Notes: generated by a model from the sequence alone, not told the origin. DNA of 37,070 nucleotides from Candidatus Micrarchaeota archaeon (GCA_041694885.1 JBGFRX010000027.1:1-37070); one strand, 5' to 3'. Counted from the stretch's first letter, positions 1 through 8,910 are shown. Program-made: numbers and translations.

Positions 1-126
1 GAGTTTTCGGGAAAATCCGATAGGAATCTTTATAAATTGTCCATTCACAAATAAGAAGCGGATATTTTCTATTCAGCTGGAATAATCTGTCTTTATTTTG
101 ATTGTTCGAAAAATTGGTGAATATTA

Positions 127-786
127 ATGGTGGAAAAAACCGAAAAGAAAACCGAAGGGAAGAAGGACGATGCCAAAGGTGCGAAAGCCGAGGCGAAAAA
201 AGAGACGCCACAGAAGAAAGTCGAGAAAATCACGAAGGGGATAAAGCGGCTTGCTGGAAAGGACGTGAGCGGCGACTATCCGCTTCCGAAGGCGCTCCTG
301 AGGGTGCGAGGAATAGGTAAATCGCTCAACCGCGCTCTAGCGAAAGTGATTTCAGCCAGGCTCGGAGTGCCGAAAGACGTGCAGGTCGGCGATCTCACCG
401 AAGAGCAGATAGAAGCGACCGATAAGATGCTCGCGGAAATCCACCAGCAGGGGCTTCCGGAATTCATGCTTAATAGAAGGAAAGACTATTCGGAAGGAAG
501 CGGAAAGCACGCTATAATGAACGACCTCGTCTTTGCAAACAAGCAGGACATAGACAGGGAGAAGAATGCTTACACATGGAAGGGTTACAGGCACGCCTAC
601 GGTCAGAAAGTCAGGGGCCAGAGGACGAGGAACACGGGCCGCGTGGGCATGACAGTGGGAGTGCTCAGGAAAGCGGTGCTTGCGCAGGTAAAGGCAGCAG
701 CAGGGCCTGCAGGTGCAGCAGCAAAGCCCGGAACACCTGCAGCAGGAGCCGCAAAGCCGGCAGCGAAGCCTCCGGAGAAGAAATGA
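127..786 (+). CDS. rps13: 30S ribosomal protein S13 (uS13) with K/E-rich N-terminal and A/P/K-rich C-terminal extensions
   Basis: Motifs [38 protein letters not shown]; first gene of the S13-S4-S11-RpoD cluster; TATA-like TTTATAAA at 29-36. Confidence 0.96.
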   Translation: MVEKTEKKTEGKKDDAKGAKAEAKKETPQKKVEKITKGIKRLAGKDVSGDYPLPKALLRVRGIGKSLNRALAKVISARLGVPKDVQVGDLTEEQIEATDKMLAEIHQQGLPEFMLNRRKDYSEGSGKHAIMNDLVFANKQDIDREKNAYTWKGYRHAYGQKVRGQRTRNTGRVGMTVGVLRKAVLAQVKAAAGPAGAAAKPGTPAAGAAKPAAKPPEKK

Positions 787-803
787 GTCAGGGCGGTGCG
801 ATT

Positions 804-1388
804 ATGGGAGATCCGAGAAGATTGAAAAACAAGTACTCGAAGCCGAAAAAACTGCTCGATGCTGCGAGGATAGGCGAGGAGAGCGGGCTCAGGAAGGCAT
901 ACGGGCTCAAGAACATGCGCGAACTGTGGACTTCGATGCAGGAGCTCAAGAAGGCGAGGCGCGAAGTGAGACGTTTGCTTTCGCTTTCAGAAGCGCAGCG
1001 CAAAAAGGAGGAAAACATAGTGCTTTCAAAACTCATGCGCCTCGGCATTTTAGACGAAAAAGCAAAGGTCGAGGACGTACTTTCGCTTACTGTGAAGGAC
1101 ATACTCGAGAGGCGGCTCCAGACAAGAGTGGTGCGCAAGGGGCTCGCAAGAACGATGGCACAGGCGCGCCAGCTTATTACCCACGGCTTTATAGCGCTCG
1201 GCGGGAGAATGGTTAATGTGCCTTCATACATGGTGAGCGGCGCAGAAGATGCGGGAATAAGGTATTACCGCGCAATAGAAATCGAGCACAAAATCATAGA
1301 GGCAAAGCCGGAGCAGGAAGAGCAAAAGCCGGAAGCAAAGCAGGAAACCGAGGCACCAGCTGGGAAGCCGGAAGCAGGACCGGCGTGA
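804..1388 (+). CDS. rps4: 30S ribosomal protein S4 (uS4)
   Basis: [11 protein letters not shown] start, [41 protein letters not shown] 804 preferred over the ORF-track start at 576, which overlaps rps13. Confidence 0.96.
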   Translation: MGDPRRLKNKYSKPKKLLDAARIGEESGLRKAYGLKNMRELWTSMQELKKARREVRRLLSLSEAQRKKEENIVLSKLMRLGILDEKAKVEDVLSLTVKDILERRLQTRVVRKGLARTMAQARQLITHGFIALGGRMVNVPSYMVSGAEDAGIRYYRAIEIEHKIIEAKPEQEEQKPEAKQETEAPAGKPEAGPA

Positions 1389-1393
1389 TATTC

Positions 1394-1939
1394 ATGGACA
1401 ACGAAAACGAAGCGAAAACAGAAGAGAAGGCAAAACCAACTGAGATGAAGCCGGAAGCCGGGAAGGAGAAAGTCGAACCAAAACCCGAAATCCGGGGTCC
1501 AAAGCCAGAGGTAGCGGGAGAAGCGCAGAAGCCAGCACACACGGAGCAGAGAAAAAGAAGCAAGCTCGCAGTCATACATGTATACTCATCCAAGAACGAC
1601 ACGATAATAACTGCGACCGACATGAGCGGAGCCGAGACGTTTGCATGGGCGAGCGGCGGCATGATAGTGAAGGCGGACAGGGAAGAAGGGAGGCCTTATG
1701 CGGCAATGCAGGCAGCGATAAGAGTAGTCAATGCCCTGAAGGAAAAAGGCATAACCCCAATTCATGTGAAAATACGTGCTCCAGGAGGCAACAAATCCAG
1801 GACGCCGGGCTCAGGAGCGCAGGCAGTAGTGCGCGCCATTGCAAGAACTGGCGTGCGCATCCACAGGATAGAGGACGTTACTCCCACGCCTACTGATTCG
1901 ATGAGAAAGAAAGGCGGAAGAAGGGGAAGGAGGGTGTAA
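1394..1939 (+). CDS. rps11: 30S ribosomal protein S11 (uS11) with N-terminal extension
   Basis: [53 protein letters not shown]; start at ATG 1394 or GTG 1385. Confidence 0.96.
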   Translation: MDNENEAKTEEKAKPTEMKPEAGKEKVEPKPEIRGPKPEVAGEAQKPAHTEQRKRSKLAVIHVYSSKNDTIITATDMSGAETFAWASGGMIVKADREEGRPYAAMQAAIRVVNALKEKGITPIHVKIRAPGGNKSRTPGSGAQAVVRAIARTGVRIHRIEDVTPTPTDSMRKKGGRRGRRV

Positions 1940-1941
1940 TT

Positions 1942-2523
1942 TTGAAAATACAGATTACCGAAGAAGAAGGCAACAAGATGAGGTTCGAGCTGAGCGACAC
2001 GAGCACCTCGTTCGCGAACGCTGTGCGAAGGTACGCGATAAACTCGGTTCCAGTGCTTGCAATAGAGGAAGTGACGTTCTACGAGAATACTTCCGCGCTC
2101 TTCGACGAATATCTCGCGCACCGCCTTGGTTTGGTGCCTATAATAAGTCCCGCAGGAATTCCAAAGGAGGCGGAAATAAATTTCTACTTGGACGCGAAGG
2201 GCCCGAAGGTCGTTTATTCCTCTGATTTGGAGACCAGGGACGAGGAAACAAAGATCGCGAAGGAGGCCATACCGATAGTTACTCTCACTGAAAACCAGGC
2301 GCTCCGGCTCGAGGCGAAAGCAAAATTGGGCACAGGGCGCAGGCATGCGAAATTCCAGCCGGGCCTTGCGACGTACGAAATTGCAGGAGGAGTTTACAAA
2401 TTCTACGTGGAGTCGTTCTTCCAGATGAGCCCAAGGGAACTCATAGTCCGCACCGCATCCGCACTTGAGGAGGATATCGAGGACCTCGAAAAACAGCTCG
2501 GGAAGGCGAAGAAGAAAAAATAA
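1942..2523 (+). CDS. rpoD: DNA-directed RNA polymerase subunit D (Rpo3), short form
   Basis: FANAVRR, VPVLAIEEVTFYENTSALFDEYLAHRLGLVP, GRRHAKFQP; TTG start; follows rps11. Confidence 0.94.
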   Translation: MKIQITEEEGNKMRFELSDTSTSFANAVRRYAINSVPVLAIEEVTFYENTSALFDEYLAHRLGLVPIISPAGIPKEAEINFYLDAKGPKVVYSSDLETRDEETKIAKEAIPIVTLTENQALRLEAKAKLGTGRRHAKFQPGLATYEIAGGVYKFYVESFFQMSPRELIVRTASALEEDIEDLEKQLGKAKKKK

Positions 2524-2597
2524 TCTCTTTTTAAATTGTTTTTCGCATTAGACAGTTGTGCGTTCAAAACTCAGAACGCATAACACAAAACATTTAT

Positions 2598-2700
2598 GCA
2601 GGGGTGGCGGTCCGTTTGCCCGACGCTTCGGACAAAGCCCCACCAAATCGGGCTGCCGCCCGATTCAAGCCCCTGCTCATTTCGTTCGCAGGGGTGGCGG
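2598..2700 (+). repeat. Structured insert flanked by a 13-bp direct repeat of the tRNA-Leu 5' end
   Basis: GCAGGGGTGGCGG at 2598-2610 and 2688-2700; hairpins 2615-2636 and 2646-2665; CCCCTGC (2670-2676) is complementary to the repeat. Confidence 0.8.
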
Positions 2701-2773
2701 AGCCCGGTCAAACGTGCTAGCTTGAGGGGTTAGTGGCCTAGCGCCTGCGCAGGTTCAAATCCTGCCCCCTGCA
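2688..2773 (+). tRNA. tRNA-Leu(GAG)
   Basis: Acceptor stem GCAGGGG/CCCCTGC, anticodon arm CTAGC-TTGAGGG-GTTAG, long variable arm, T-loop TTCAAAT; CCA not encoded. Confidence 0.95.
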
Positions 2774-2776
2774 TCC

Positions 2777-2855
2777 TATCAAAGTGGAGGGTTTTGCTGC
2801 GAAAAGCTGGAATTAAAAGGGGAAATATCCTCCCGCTGACCTCCACCTCGAATTC
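2777..2855 (+). repeat. ~79-bp tRNA-downstream element, copy 1
   Basis: Near-identical to 4069-4146 (2 substitutions + 1 indel); starts 4 nt after tRNA-Leu; closing stem GTGGAGG/CCTCCAC. Confidence 0.9.
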
Positions 2856-2904
2856 TTATTAAGATAAGTCCTATGCGATTTTTACTATTGGTTCCTGGAA
2901 AACT

Positions 2905-2934
2905 TTATATTTGTATATATCAGATAATATTATC
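2905..2934 (+). promoter_or_regulatory. TATA-like box plus palindromic operator candidate upstream of the HTH-MNT gene
   Basis: TTTATAT near 2905 followed by perfect 12-bp palindrome GATAATATTATC (2923-2934) just before ATG 2946. Confidence 0.45.
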
Positions 2935-2945
2935 GGGTAATCGCA

Positions 2946-3581
2946 ATGGTAAAAGAATCAACAATAACAAAGATAATCTCTGCCTTTATGCCAGAGTTAG
3001 TTGGCGAGTTCAATATACGAGAGATTGCAAAAAAGTCAAAGATATCCTATGATGCTGCATATCGCCATGTAAAGGCGCTTGCAGAAAAAAATATCCTTAA
3101 AGAAAGGCAAGTCGGGAAGGCAATTGTTTGCAGTTTGAATCTAAGCAACATAATGGCAAGAAAGTATCTTGAGAAGATAAGCATTTCAAAAACAGAAGAG
3201 TTTCTAAGGAAAGACGTTATTTTGAAGAAAATGTTTACTGAACTTATTGAAAATCTAAAGAAAGCAGCACCAAACGAATTGTTATGTGTTGTTCTATTTG
3301 GCAGCTATGCAAGAGGAGAACAGAAGGAACGCAGCGACATTGACATTATAATTATAAGTTCTACTTTTGATATTAGAGACCAGTTAGAACAAGAATGTGG
3401 CGGAATTGAACACAAATATGGTAAAGAGATAGCCTCGCTAATTACTACTGCCTCTGAATTTGTGAAAATGATAAGATCAAAAAAGAGAATGGTTGCTCAC
3501 GAGGTACAACAAGACGGAATAGTTCTTCATGGTTTTGAGAATTACTTTTCATTATTGAGCGAAGGTGTTTTAAATGATTGA
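2946..3581 (+). CDS. HTH-fused minimal nucleotidyltransferase (MNT) antitoxin
   Basis: N-terminal wHTH (FNIREIAKKSKISYDAAYRHVKAL); C-terminal VLFGSYARGEQKERSDIDI (GSx10DxD). Confidence 0.85.
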   Translation: MVKESTITKIISAFMPELVGEFNIREIAKKSKISYDAAYRHVKALAEKNILKERQVGKAIVCSLNLSNIMARKYLEKISISKTEEFLRKDVILKKMFTELIENLKKAAPNELLCVVLFGSYARGEQKERSDIDIIIISSTFDIRDQLEQECGGIEHKYGKEIASLITTASEFVKMIRSKKRMVAHEVQQDGIVLHGFENYFSLLSEGVLND

Positions 3582-3909
3582 TGCTGAAAGACGACTTAAA
3601 GAATTTGAAGAGAAGGAGTTATGCGGTAAAGCGCCGTTTATCAGAAGGCTCAGTCAAAGCTATTTAGCAAAAGCAGACCACAATTTCATGGTTAGCAGCA
3701 TATTATTGAAATTAGGAGATAACGATAAAGCCAAAAAGGCAGTGAATATCCCCAAAGACTTTTCAGCTTTTGATTGGATAGTAATTACAGCTTACTATGC
3801 AATGTATCACTCTGCTTTGGCTGCACTTGCGTCAATCGGCTACAAAAGCGACAATCACACCGCAACGATAATCGCTCTTGAAGTCTTCTTTGTGAAAAAG
3901 AATCGTTGA
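3574..3909 (+). pseudogene. HEPN-domain protein, apparently truncated
   Basis: HEPN motifs YLAKADHN, AYYAMYHSALAAL, NHTAT; ends at 111 aa before the expected Rx4-6H/Y motif; overlaps the MNT stop. Confidence 0.65.
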
Positions 3910-3994
3910 TTAAAGACTTGGAAGTGAGAGAATAGTATGGCAATATTCATAATCAAAGGAAGTTTCCAGTTTGGTTCCGAAACTGCGTTTTTGC

Positions 3995-4065
3995 GCGATC
4001 GTAGTCTAGTGGTAGGATTCAAGCCTTCCAAGCTTGAGACCCGGGTTCAAACCCCGGCGATCGCA
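3995..4065 (+). tRNA. tRNA-Gly(TCC)
   Basis: Acceptor GCGATCG/CGATCGC, anticodon arm CAAGC-CTTCCAA-GCTTG, T arm CCGGG-TTCAAAC-CCCGG. Confidence 0.95.
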
Positions 4066-4068
4066 TAT

Positions 4069-4146
4069 TATCAAAGTGGAGGGTTTTGCTGCGAAAAGCT
4101 GGAATTCAAGGGGAAATATCCTCCCGCCGACCTCCACCTCGAATTC
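4069..4146 (+). repeat. ~78-bp tRNA-downstream element, copy 2
   Basis: Near-identical to 2777-2855; starts 4 nt after tRNA-Gly. Confidence 0.9.
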
Positions 4147-4289
4147 ATTTCGAACCGCAAACTTTTATCTGTGCAGTTCTAGCAGGGGTCAGTACAACTT
4201 CGACTTTTGGCATGAGAACGCACCTCTGAGCGATTCATAACAATATTTATAAATATGTGCAAATACATCCACTATACAAGGTGGTGAGT

Positions 4290-4439
4290 GTGAACAACAA
4301 GAACGTTACCCTCAAGATTGACTCCGACATTTACAAGGAATATAGGGCTTACTGCAGAGACAAGGGTTTGATTGTTTCAAAACAATTTGAAAACTTCATA
4401 AAAAAAGAATTAAAGAAAAATAACAAAAGTTTGGTGTAA
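4290..4439 (+). CDS. Small ribbon-helix-helix-like DNA-binding protein, putative R-M controller
   Basis: KNVTLKIDSDIYKEYRAYCRDKGLIVSKQFENFIKKEL fits a beta-strand+2-helix RHH pattern; GGTGA SD before GTG 4290; palindromic TATA ATATTTATAAATAT at 4243-4256; 2 nt from MTase start. Confidence 0.65.
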   Translation: MNNKNVTLKIDSDIYKEYRAYCRDKGLIVSKQFENFIKKELKKNNKSLV

Positions 4440-4441
4440 AA

Positions 4442-5662
4442 ATGGCATCAGCAAAAATCATTATTGGCGATAGCAGAAAAATGGACGAAGTAAAGAATGA
4501 AGCTGTTGACTTAGTTGTAACTTCTCCACCTTACTGGCACATCAAAGATTACGGAGTTGAAGGCCAGATAGGTTATGGTCAATCTTTGCATGAATATCTA
4601 AAAAACCTATATGTGGTTTGGAAGGAATGTTTTAGAGTTTTAAAACCAGGCACAAGACTTTGCATAAACATTGGCGACCAATTTTTGAGAAGCATAATTT
4701 ATGGAAGATATAAAATCGCTCCACTGCATTCTGAGTTTATTACACAATGCGAAAACATAGGATTCGACTATATGGGTTCAATTATATGGCAGAAAAAAAC
4801 GACAATGAATACAACTGGCGGAGCAGCGGTAATGGGATCCTACCCATACCCACCAAATGGTTTGGTAGAAATAGATTATGAATTTATCCTTATTTTCAAA
4901 AAACCTGGAAAGAAGGAGTTTTCAAAAGAAGCAAAAGAAAAATCCAGGCTTACAAAAGAGGAATGGAAAGAGTTCTTTTCAGGACATTGGAATTTCAATG
5001 GGGAAAGGCAAGCAGACCACGAAGCAATGTTCCCGGAAGAGCTACCAAAAAGATTAATCAAAATGTTTACTTTTGTCGGAGACACTGTTTTGGACCCATT
5101 CTTGGGAAGCGGAACAACAGTTAAAGTTGCTCTCAATCAAAATCGAAATTCTATTGGATATGAAATAAATGAAGAGTTTTTATCAATCATTAAAGAAAAA
5201 ACAGGCATGAATGGAACCTTGCTCAGTCTTAACAACCAAATCGGAATCATAAAAAGAAATCAACCAATTCAAGTCGAAGAGAACATCGAATATGTTCCAA
5301 ATATTAAAGACGCAAAACCAGTCATTTCCCCTGATAAATTCAAATTCGGCAAAGAACAATTCTACAAAGTGGCAAACATTATCAGCGAAGACACAATAGA
5401 ATTGGAAACTGGTCTTAGAGTAAAATTATTAGGAGTAGATGCTATCCCGCAAGAGTCAGCAAAAATAATGAATTATCTTGGCGAATTTGTTCAAGGCAAA
5501 CAAGTATTTCTGAAATTTGATCCATCATTCAAGGCAGAAAAAGATATCGTTCCAGCTTACGTATTCCTGAAAAACAAGATTTTTATCAACAAGGAGCTTG
5601 TAAAACAAAAATTAGCAAGAGTTCCACAGTATAGCTTCAAATATAAGGACAACTTTTATTAA
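4442..5662 (+). CDS. N4-cytosine/N6-adenine DNA methyltransferase (beta class) with C-terminal thermonuclease(SNase)-like domain
   Basis: VTSPPYW precedes VLDPFLGSGTT; HEAMFPEELPKRLI; C-terminal DTIELETGLRVKLLGVD...AYVFLKNKIFINKELVKQKLARV. Confidence 0.9.
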   Translation: MASAKIIIGDSRKMDEVKNEAVDLVVTSPPYWHIKDYGVEGQIGYGQSLHEYLKNLYVVWKECFRVLKPGTRLCINIGDQFLRSIIYGRYKIAPLHSEFITQCENIGFDYMGSIIWQKKTTMNTTGGAAVMGSYPYPPNGLVEIDYEFILIFKKPGKKEFSKEAKEKSRLTKEEWKEFFSGHWNFNGERQADHEAMFPEELPKRLIKMFTFVGDTVLDPFLGSGTTVKVALNQNRNSIGYEINEEFLSIIKEKTGMNGTLLSLNNQIGIIKRNQPIQVEENIEYVPNIKDAKPVISPDKFKFGKEQFYKVANIISEDTIELETGLRVKLLGVDAIPQESAKIMNYLGEFVQGKQVFLKFDPSFKAEKDIVPAYVFLKNKIFINKELVKQKLARVPQYSFKYKDNFY

Positions 5663-5685
5663 AATAATAGCGGGCGGTGCATGAA

Positions 5686-6318
5686 ATGGCTAAAGAATGG
5701 ATACTGAACAGTGCAACAAACAGATTTCAGCTTAACTTTTCCCGAAATGTCGGAAAAGTAGCAGAAGAAATCAGAAAATGTTCGCCAAAAACAGTCAAAG
5801 ATTGGGAGGAGTATTACTACAAAAACGTCAGACCAAAAGACCGTCTTGTTGATTTGGGCAGAAAATTGCACACCAAAATAACAGAAGTTCTTCAAGCAGA
5901 AATTGAAACCGTTACAGAACAAGATTGCGTTGAATTCATCGTTAATCTGGTCATCAAGAGAACATTTGACGGCTACATGACAGAAAAACAAACCATTTAT
6001 GGACAACTGCAGGATATCCTCAAAGTGAAGATTGAGCCAGCACCAGACGAATGGGACAGATTGTACAACGTGGACTTTTTCATCAAAATTAAAGACAAAT
6101 ACATCGGTCTTCAAATTAAGCCCGCTGGAGGAGCATCACACATTACGCAGATTTACCAGGAAAGAACACAGCAAGCCAAAACCCATGAAAAATTCAGTGC
6201 AAAGTTTGGTGGAAAAGTATTTTATGTCATTTCAATTAAGGCTGGAGACAAAAAGCAAATACACAATATCGAAGTAATAGAGGAGATAAAGGCAGAAATC
6301 AAGAGGATACAAAGTTAA
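5686..6318 (+). CDS. Type II restriction endonuclease, MjaI-like
   Basis: Adjacent to MTase; NVGKVAEEIRKC, DWEEYYY, PD-(D/E)xK-like VDFFIK...GLQIKP; family recognised from memory of the sequence pattern. Confidence 0.75.
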   Translation: MAKEWILNSATNRFQLNFSRNVGKVAEEIRKCSPKTVKDWEEYYYKNVRPKDRLVDLGRKLHTKITEVLQAEIETVTEQDCVEFIVNLVIKRTFDGYMTEKQTIYGQLQDILKVKIEPAPDEWDRLYNVDFFIKIKDKYIGLQIKPAGGASHITQIYQERTQQAKTHEKFSAKFGGKVFYVISIKAGDKKQIHNIEVIEEIKAEIKRIQS

Positions 6319-6404
6319 CAACATTAGTAAATAGCGGGTTCGAATGCTGGTTCGAATATCATACACGGCATATCTGTTTTCTGTCCCGCGTTTTAGGTCC
6401 TGAA

Positions 6405-6779
6405 CTATTTTATCATCTCATTCATTCCTTGTTTCAGCACAGTAAGCGGCAGCATCGCGCACTTCACCCTGGAGGGATTTTTGCTCAAATCAATACCAAT
6501 TAGTTTGAAAATCTCCTTCTGCCCCATCTTTTGTATTTCCAGGATGTTTTTTCCTTTCACGTGCTCGGTGAGAAGCGAAGCCGAAGCGGTGCTTATCGCA
6601 CATCCATGCCCCTTGAATTTTGCATCCATGATTTTCCCATTCTTTATTTTTGCGAACATGCTCACCATATCCCCACAAGATGGATTGTAATCGGTCTTCT
6701 TTATCTCCGCGTCACTAATCTCCCCGAAATTTTTCGGATTTTTGTAAAGTTCGAGGATGTGTTCCATGTAAATATCCAT
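6405..6779 (-). CDS. sufU: SufU/IscU-type Fe-S scaffold / sulfur transfer protein
   Basis: YKNPKNFG, NPSCGD, GHGCAISTASAS, RVKCAML. Confidence 0.92.
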   Translation of the reverse strand: MDIYMEHILELYKNPKNFGEISDAEIKKTDYNPSCGDMVSMFAKIKNGKIMDAKFKGHGCAISTASASLLTEHVKGKNILEIQKMGQKEIFKLIGIDLSKNPSRVKCAMLPLTVLKQGMNEMIK

Positions 6780-6787
6780 AAAATCAA

Positions 6788-6847
6788 CTAGCCTTCTCTT
6801 TTGTAAAGCTCCATGAATTCGTTTCGTGTCATGCCAGCTTGTTTTAT
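6788..6847 (-). pseudogene. C-terminal relic of a HicA-type toxin
   Basis: Minus-strand reading IKQAGMTRNEFMELYKREG* matches the HicA C-terminal pattern IxKQAGLTxEEFxxL; no start or N-terminal part. Confidence 0.5.
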
Positions 6848-6855
6848 TTATCTTT

Positions 6856-8085
6856 TCATCGCATAAATGCTTTCCTTGCCTTTTTCAGTCCAGCGCAGAG
6901 TGCGTCAATATCCTTTTCGTCATTGTAAATATAGAAGCTCGCACGCGCGCTGTTCTCTATGCCCAACCTCTCATGGAGCGGCTGGGCGCAGTGGTGACCT
7001 GCCCTTATCGCAACGCCTTCCGAATCAAGCACCTGCGCTATGTCGTGTGGATGGATATTTTTGACGTTGAATGCAACGAGCCCGGTTCTGCGTTCCGGTT
7101 TTTGCGGCCCGAGAATATCCAGTTCTTCCATTTCCCGCATTTTTCCCATAGCGTACTTCAGCAGCCGCAAATTATGTGCTCTGACATTTTCCATCCCTAT
7201 CTTTTCCAGATAGGCAATTGCAGCAGCAAGCCCAACCGCTCCCTCCACGTTTGGCGTTCCTGCCTCGAATTTGGCAGGCGGCACAGCCCATCTGCTTCCC
7301 TTCTCGTGAACTTCGAAAATCATTTCCCCCCCATAGAAGAACGGCTCCATTTTTTCAAGGATTTCGTATTTTCCGTAAAGGACCCCGATGCCCATGGGGC
7401 CGAGCATCTTGTGTCCTGTAAATGCGAAAAAATCAACATCCAGTTTTTTCACATCTATCTCCATGTGCGGCGCGCTCTGGCTTCCGTCAGCCACGAACAC
7501 CCCTCCTTTCTCATGCACGATTGCTGCCATTCTCTTCACATCATTTATCGTTCCGAGCACGTTGGATGCATGCACAACTCCGGCAATTTTTGCACCCCCA
7601 AGTTTTTCCAGTTCGCTTTCGGGAATTTCTCCGCCTTTGTCAGCGTACATGACCTCAAGCTTCGCCTTCTTTTTTTTCGCGAGCACCTGCCAGGGCACGA
7701 AGCTGCTGTGGTGCTCCATCACGCTCGTCGTTACTGCGTCGCCTTTCTTCACCTCGTTCATTCCGCAGGCGTACATCGCGAGATTGAGCGCTTCAGTCGC
7801 GTTCCGGGTAAAAATTATCTCCTCGGGCTTCGCGTTTATGAATTTCGCAACCCGTTCCCTCGCCCCTTCGTAAGCAAGCGTCGCCTCCTCAGCGAGCGTG
7901 TGCACTCCTCTGTGCACATTCGCGTTCGTCGTTTCGTAGTATCGCGTTATGGTTTCTATTACCTGCCCCGGCTTCTGCGTTGTTGCCGCATTGTCCAGAT
8001 ATACGAGCCGCTTGCCGTTTATTTTCCGGGCAAGAATCGGGAAGTCCTTCTTTATTTCATCCACGTCCAACGTTTGCATTTTCAT
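6856..8085 (-). CDS. sufS: Group II cysteine desulfurase
   Basis: YLDNAATTQKP, NANVHRG, MEHHSS, FTGHKMLGPMGIG, RAGHHCAQPL. Confidence 0.96.
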   Translation of the reverse strand: MKMQTLDVDEIKKDFPILARKINGKRLVYLDNAATTQKPGQVIETITRYYETTNANVHRGVHTLAEEATLAYEGARERVAKFINAKPEEIIFTRNATEALNLAMYACGMNEVKKGDAVTTSVMEHHSSFVPWQVLAKKKKAKLEVMYADKGGEIPESELEKLGGAKIAGVVHASNVLGTINDVKRMAAIVHEKGGVFVADGSQSAPHMEIDVKKLDVDFFAFTGHKMLGPMGIGVLYGKYEILEKMEPFFYGGEMIFEVHEKGSRWAVPPAKFEAGTPNVEGAVGLAAAIAYLEKIGMENVRAHNLRLLKYAMGKMREMEELDILGPQKPERRTGLVAFNVKNIHPHDIAQVLDSEGVAIRAGHHCAQPLHERLGIENSARASFYIYNDEKDIDALCAGLKKARKAFMR

Positions 8086-8107
8086 TCACTTCCCGTTCCG
8101 CAGTTCT

Positions 8108-8833
8108 TCATTCCCGCATCCATTCGTAGCCCTTTCTCTCGATTTCCTTCGCGAATTCCGCGCCCCCGGACTTCACTATTCGTCCGTCCATCATTACGTG
8201 CACAAAATCCGGCTTCACGTATTTGAGGATGTTCGCGTAGTGGGTAATAATCAGAAACATCCTTTTTCCATCCCGCGCATTTTCAATCGCCTTAGCGACC
8301 GTCTTGAGCGCATCCACATCCAGCCCTGAATCAATCTCGTCCAGAACGACTAATTTGGGGGAAAGCGCAAGCATCTGCACGATCTCGCTTTTTTTCTTCT
8401 CTCCTCCGGAAAGTCCGGAATTCAGATCGCGCTGGAGGAAAGATGAATCAAGTTTCACCGTCTTCGCGTTCCTTTCCACGCTTTCGACTAATTCCAATAT
8501 GTCCGTTTCAGCTTTTCCAGTTGCGTTTTTCGCTTTCCTTATGAAATTCAGGAGCCCCACGCCTTCAACGGCAACGGGGTTCTGAAATGCGAGAAATACG
8601 CCTTTCTTAGCCCTCTCGTCCGCAGCAAGTTCCGCGATGTTTTCCTCGTCCAGCAGAATCCTGCCTTTGGTTTTGTATTTGGGATGGCCTGCAATGGCAT
8701 AGCTGAGCGTGGTCTTTCCGCTTCCGTTCGGGCCCATAACCACGTGCACCTCGCCGTCTTTCACGTTGAGTGAAAGCCCCATGATTATTTCCTTTCCACC
8801 GCTCTTTACGGCTAAGTTTTCTATTCTGAACAT
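8108..8833 (-). CDS. sufC: Fe-S cluster assembly ABC ATPase
   Basis: GPNGSGKT, FLAFQNP, LSGGEKKKSEI, LDEIDSGLDVDAL, IITHY. Confidence 0.95.
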   Translation of the reverse strand: MFRIENLAVKSGGKEIIMGLSLNVKDGEVHVVMGPNGSGKTTLSYAIAGHPKYKTKGRILLDEENIAELAADERAKKGVFLAFQNPVAVEGVGLLNFIRKAKNATGKAETDILELVESVERNAKTVKLDSSFLQRDLNSGLSGGEKKKSEIVQMLALSPKLVVLDEIDSGLDVDALKTVAKAIENARDGKRMFLIITHYANILKYVKPDFVHVMMDGRIVKSGGAEFAKEIERKGYEWMRE

Positions 8834-8910
8834 TTACACCACGAAAAATCGTTCTCGGATAACAATTATATACCAAAGTCGTTTAATAAATTATGTGCTG
8901 GTCGAGATAA

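Noticed and set aside
2598..2676. Second functional tRNA upstream of tRNA-Leu
   Set aside because: Acceptor-like stem present but no TTC T-loop or 7-nt anticodon loop; reported as a structured insert instead
2598..4146. Possible CRISPR array or mini-array
   Set aside because: Repeats occur only twice, with unsuitable lengths and spacing, and no cas genes are present
3937..4240. ORFs of 81 and 68 aa
   Set aside because: They run across tRNA-Gly and the downstream repeat; no protein features
5666..6360. AATAGCGGG after both R-M genes and GGTTCGAAT doublet as integron attC-like sites
   Set aside because: Matches are only 9 bp, no convincing R''/R' box pairing, and no integron integrase in the window
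6826..8226. 466-aa plus-strand ORF
   Set aside because: Antisense shadow of sufS/sufC with no recognisable motifs; the same applies to 34685-35656 and other overlapping ORFs
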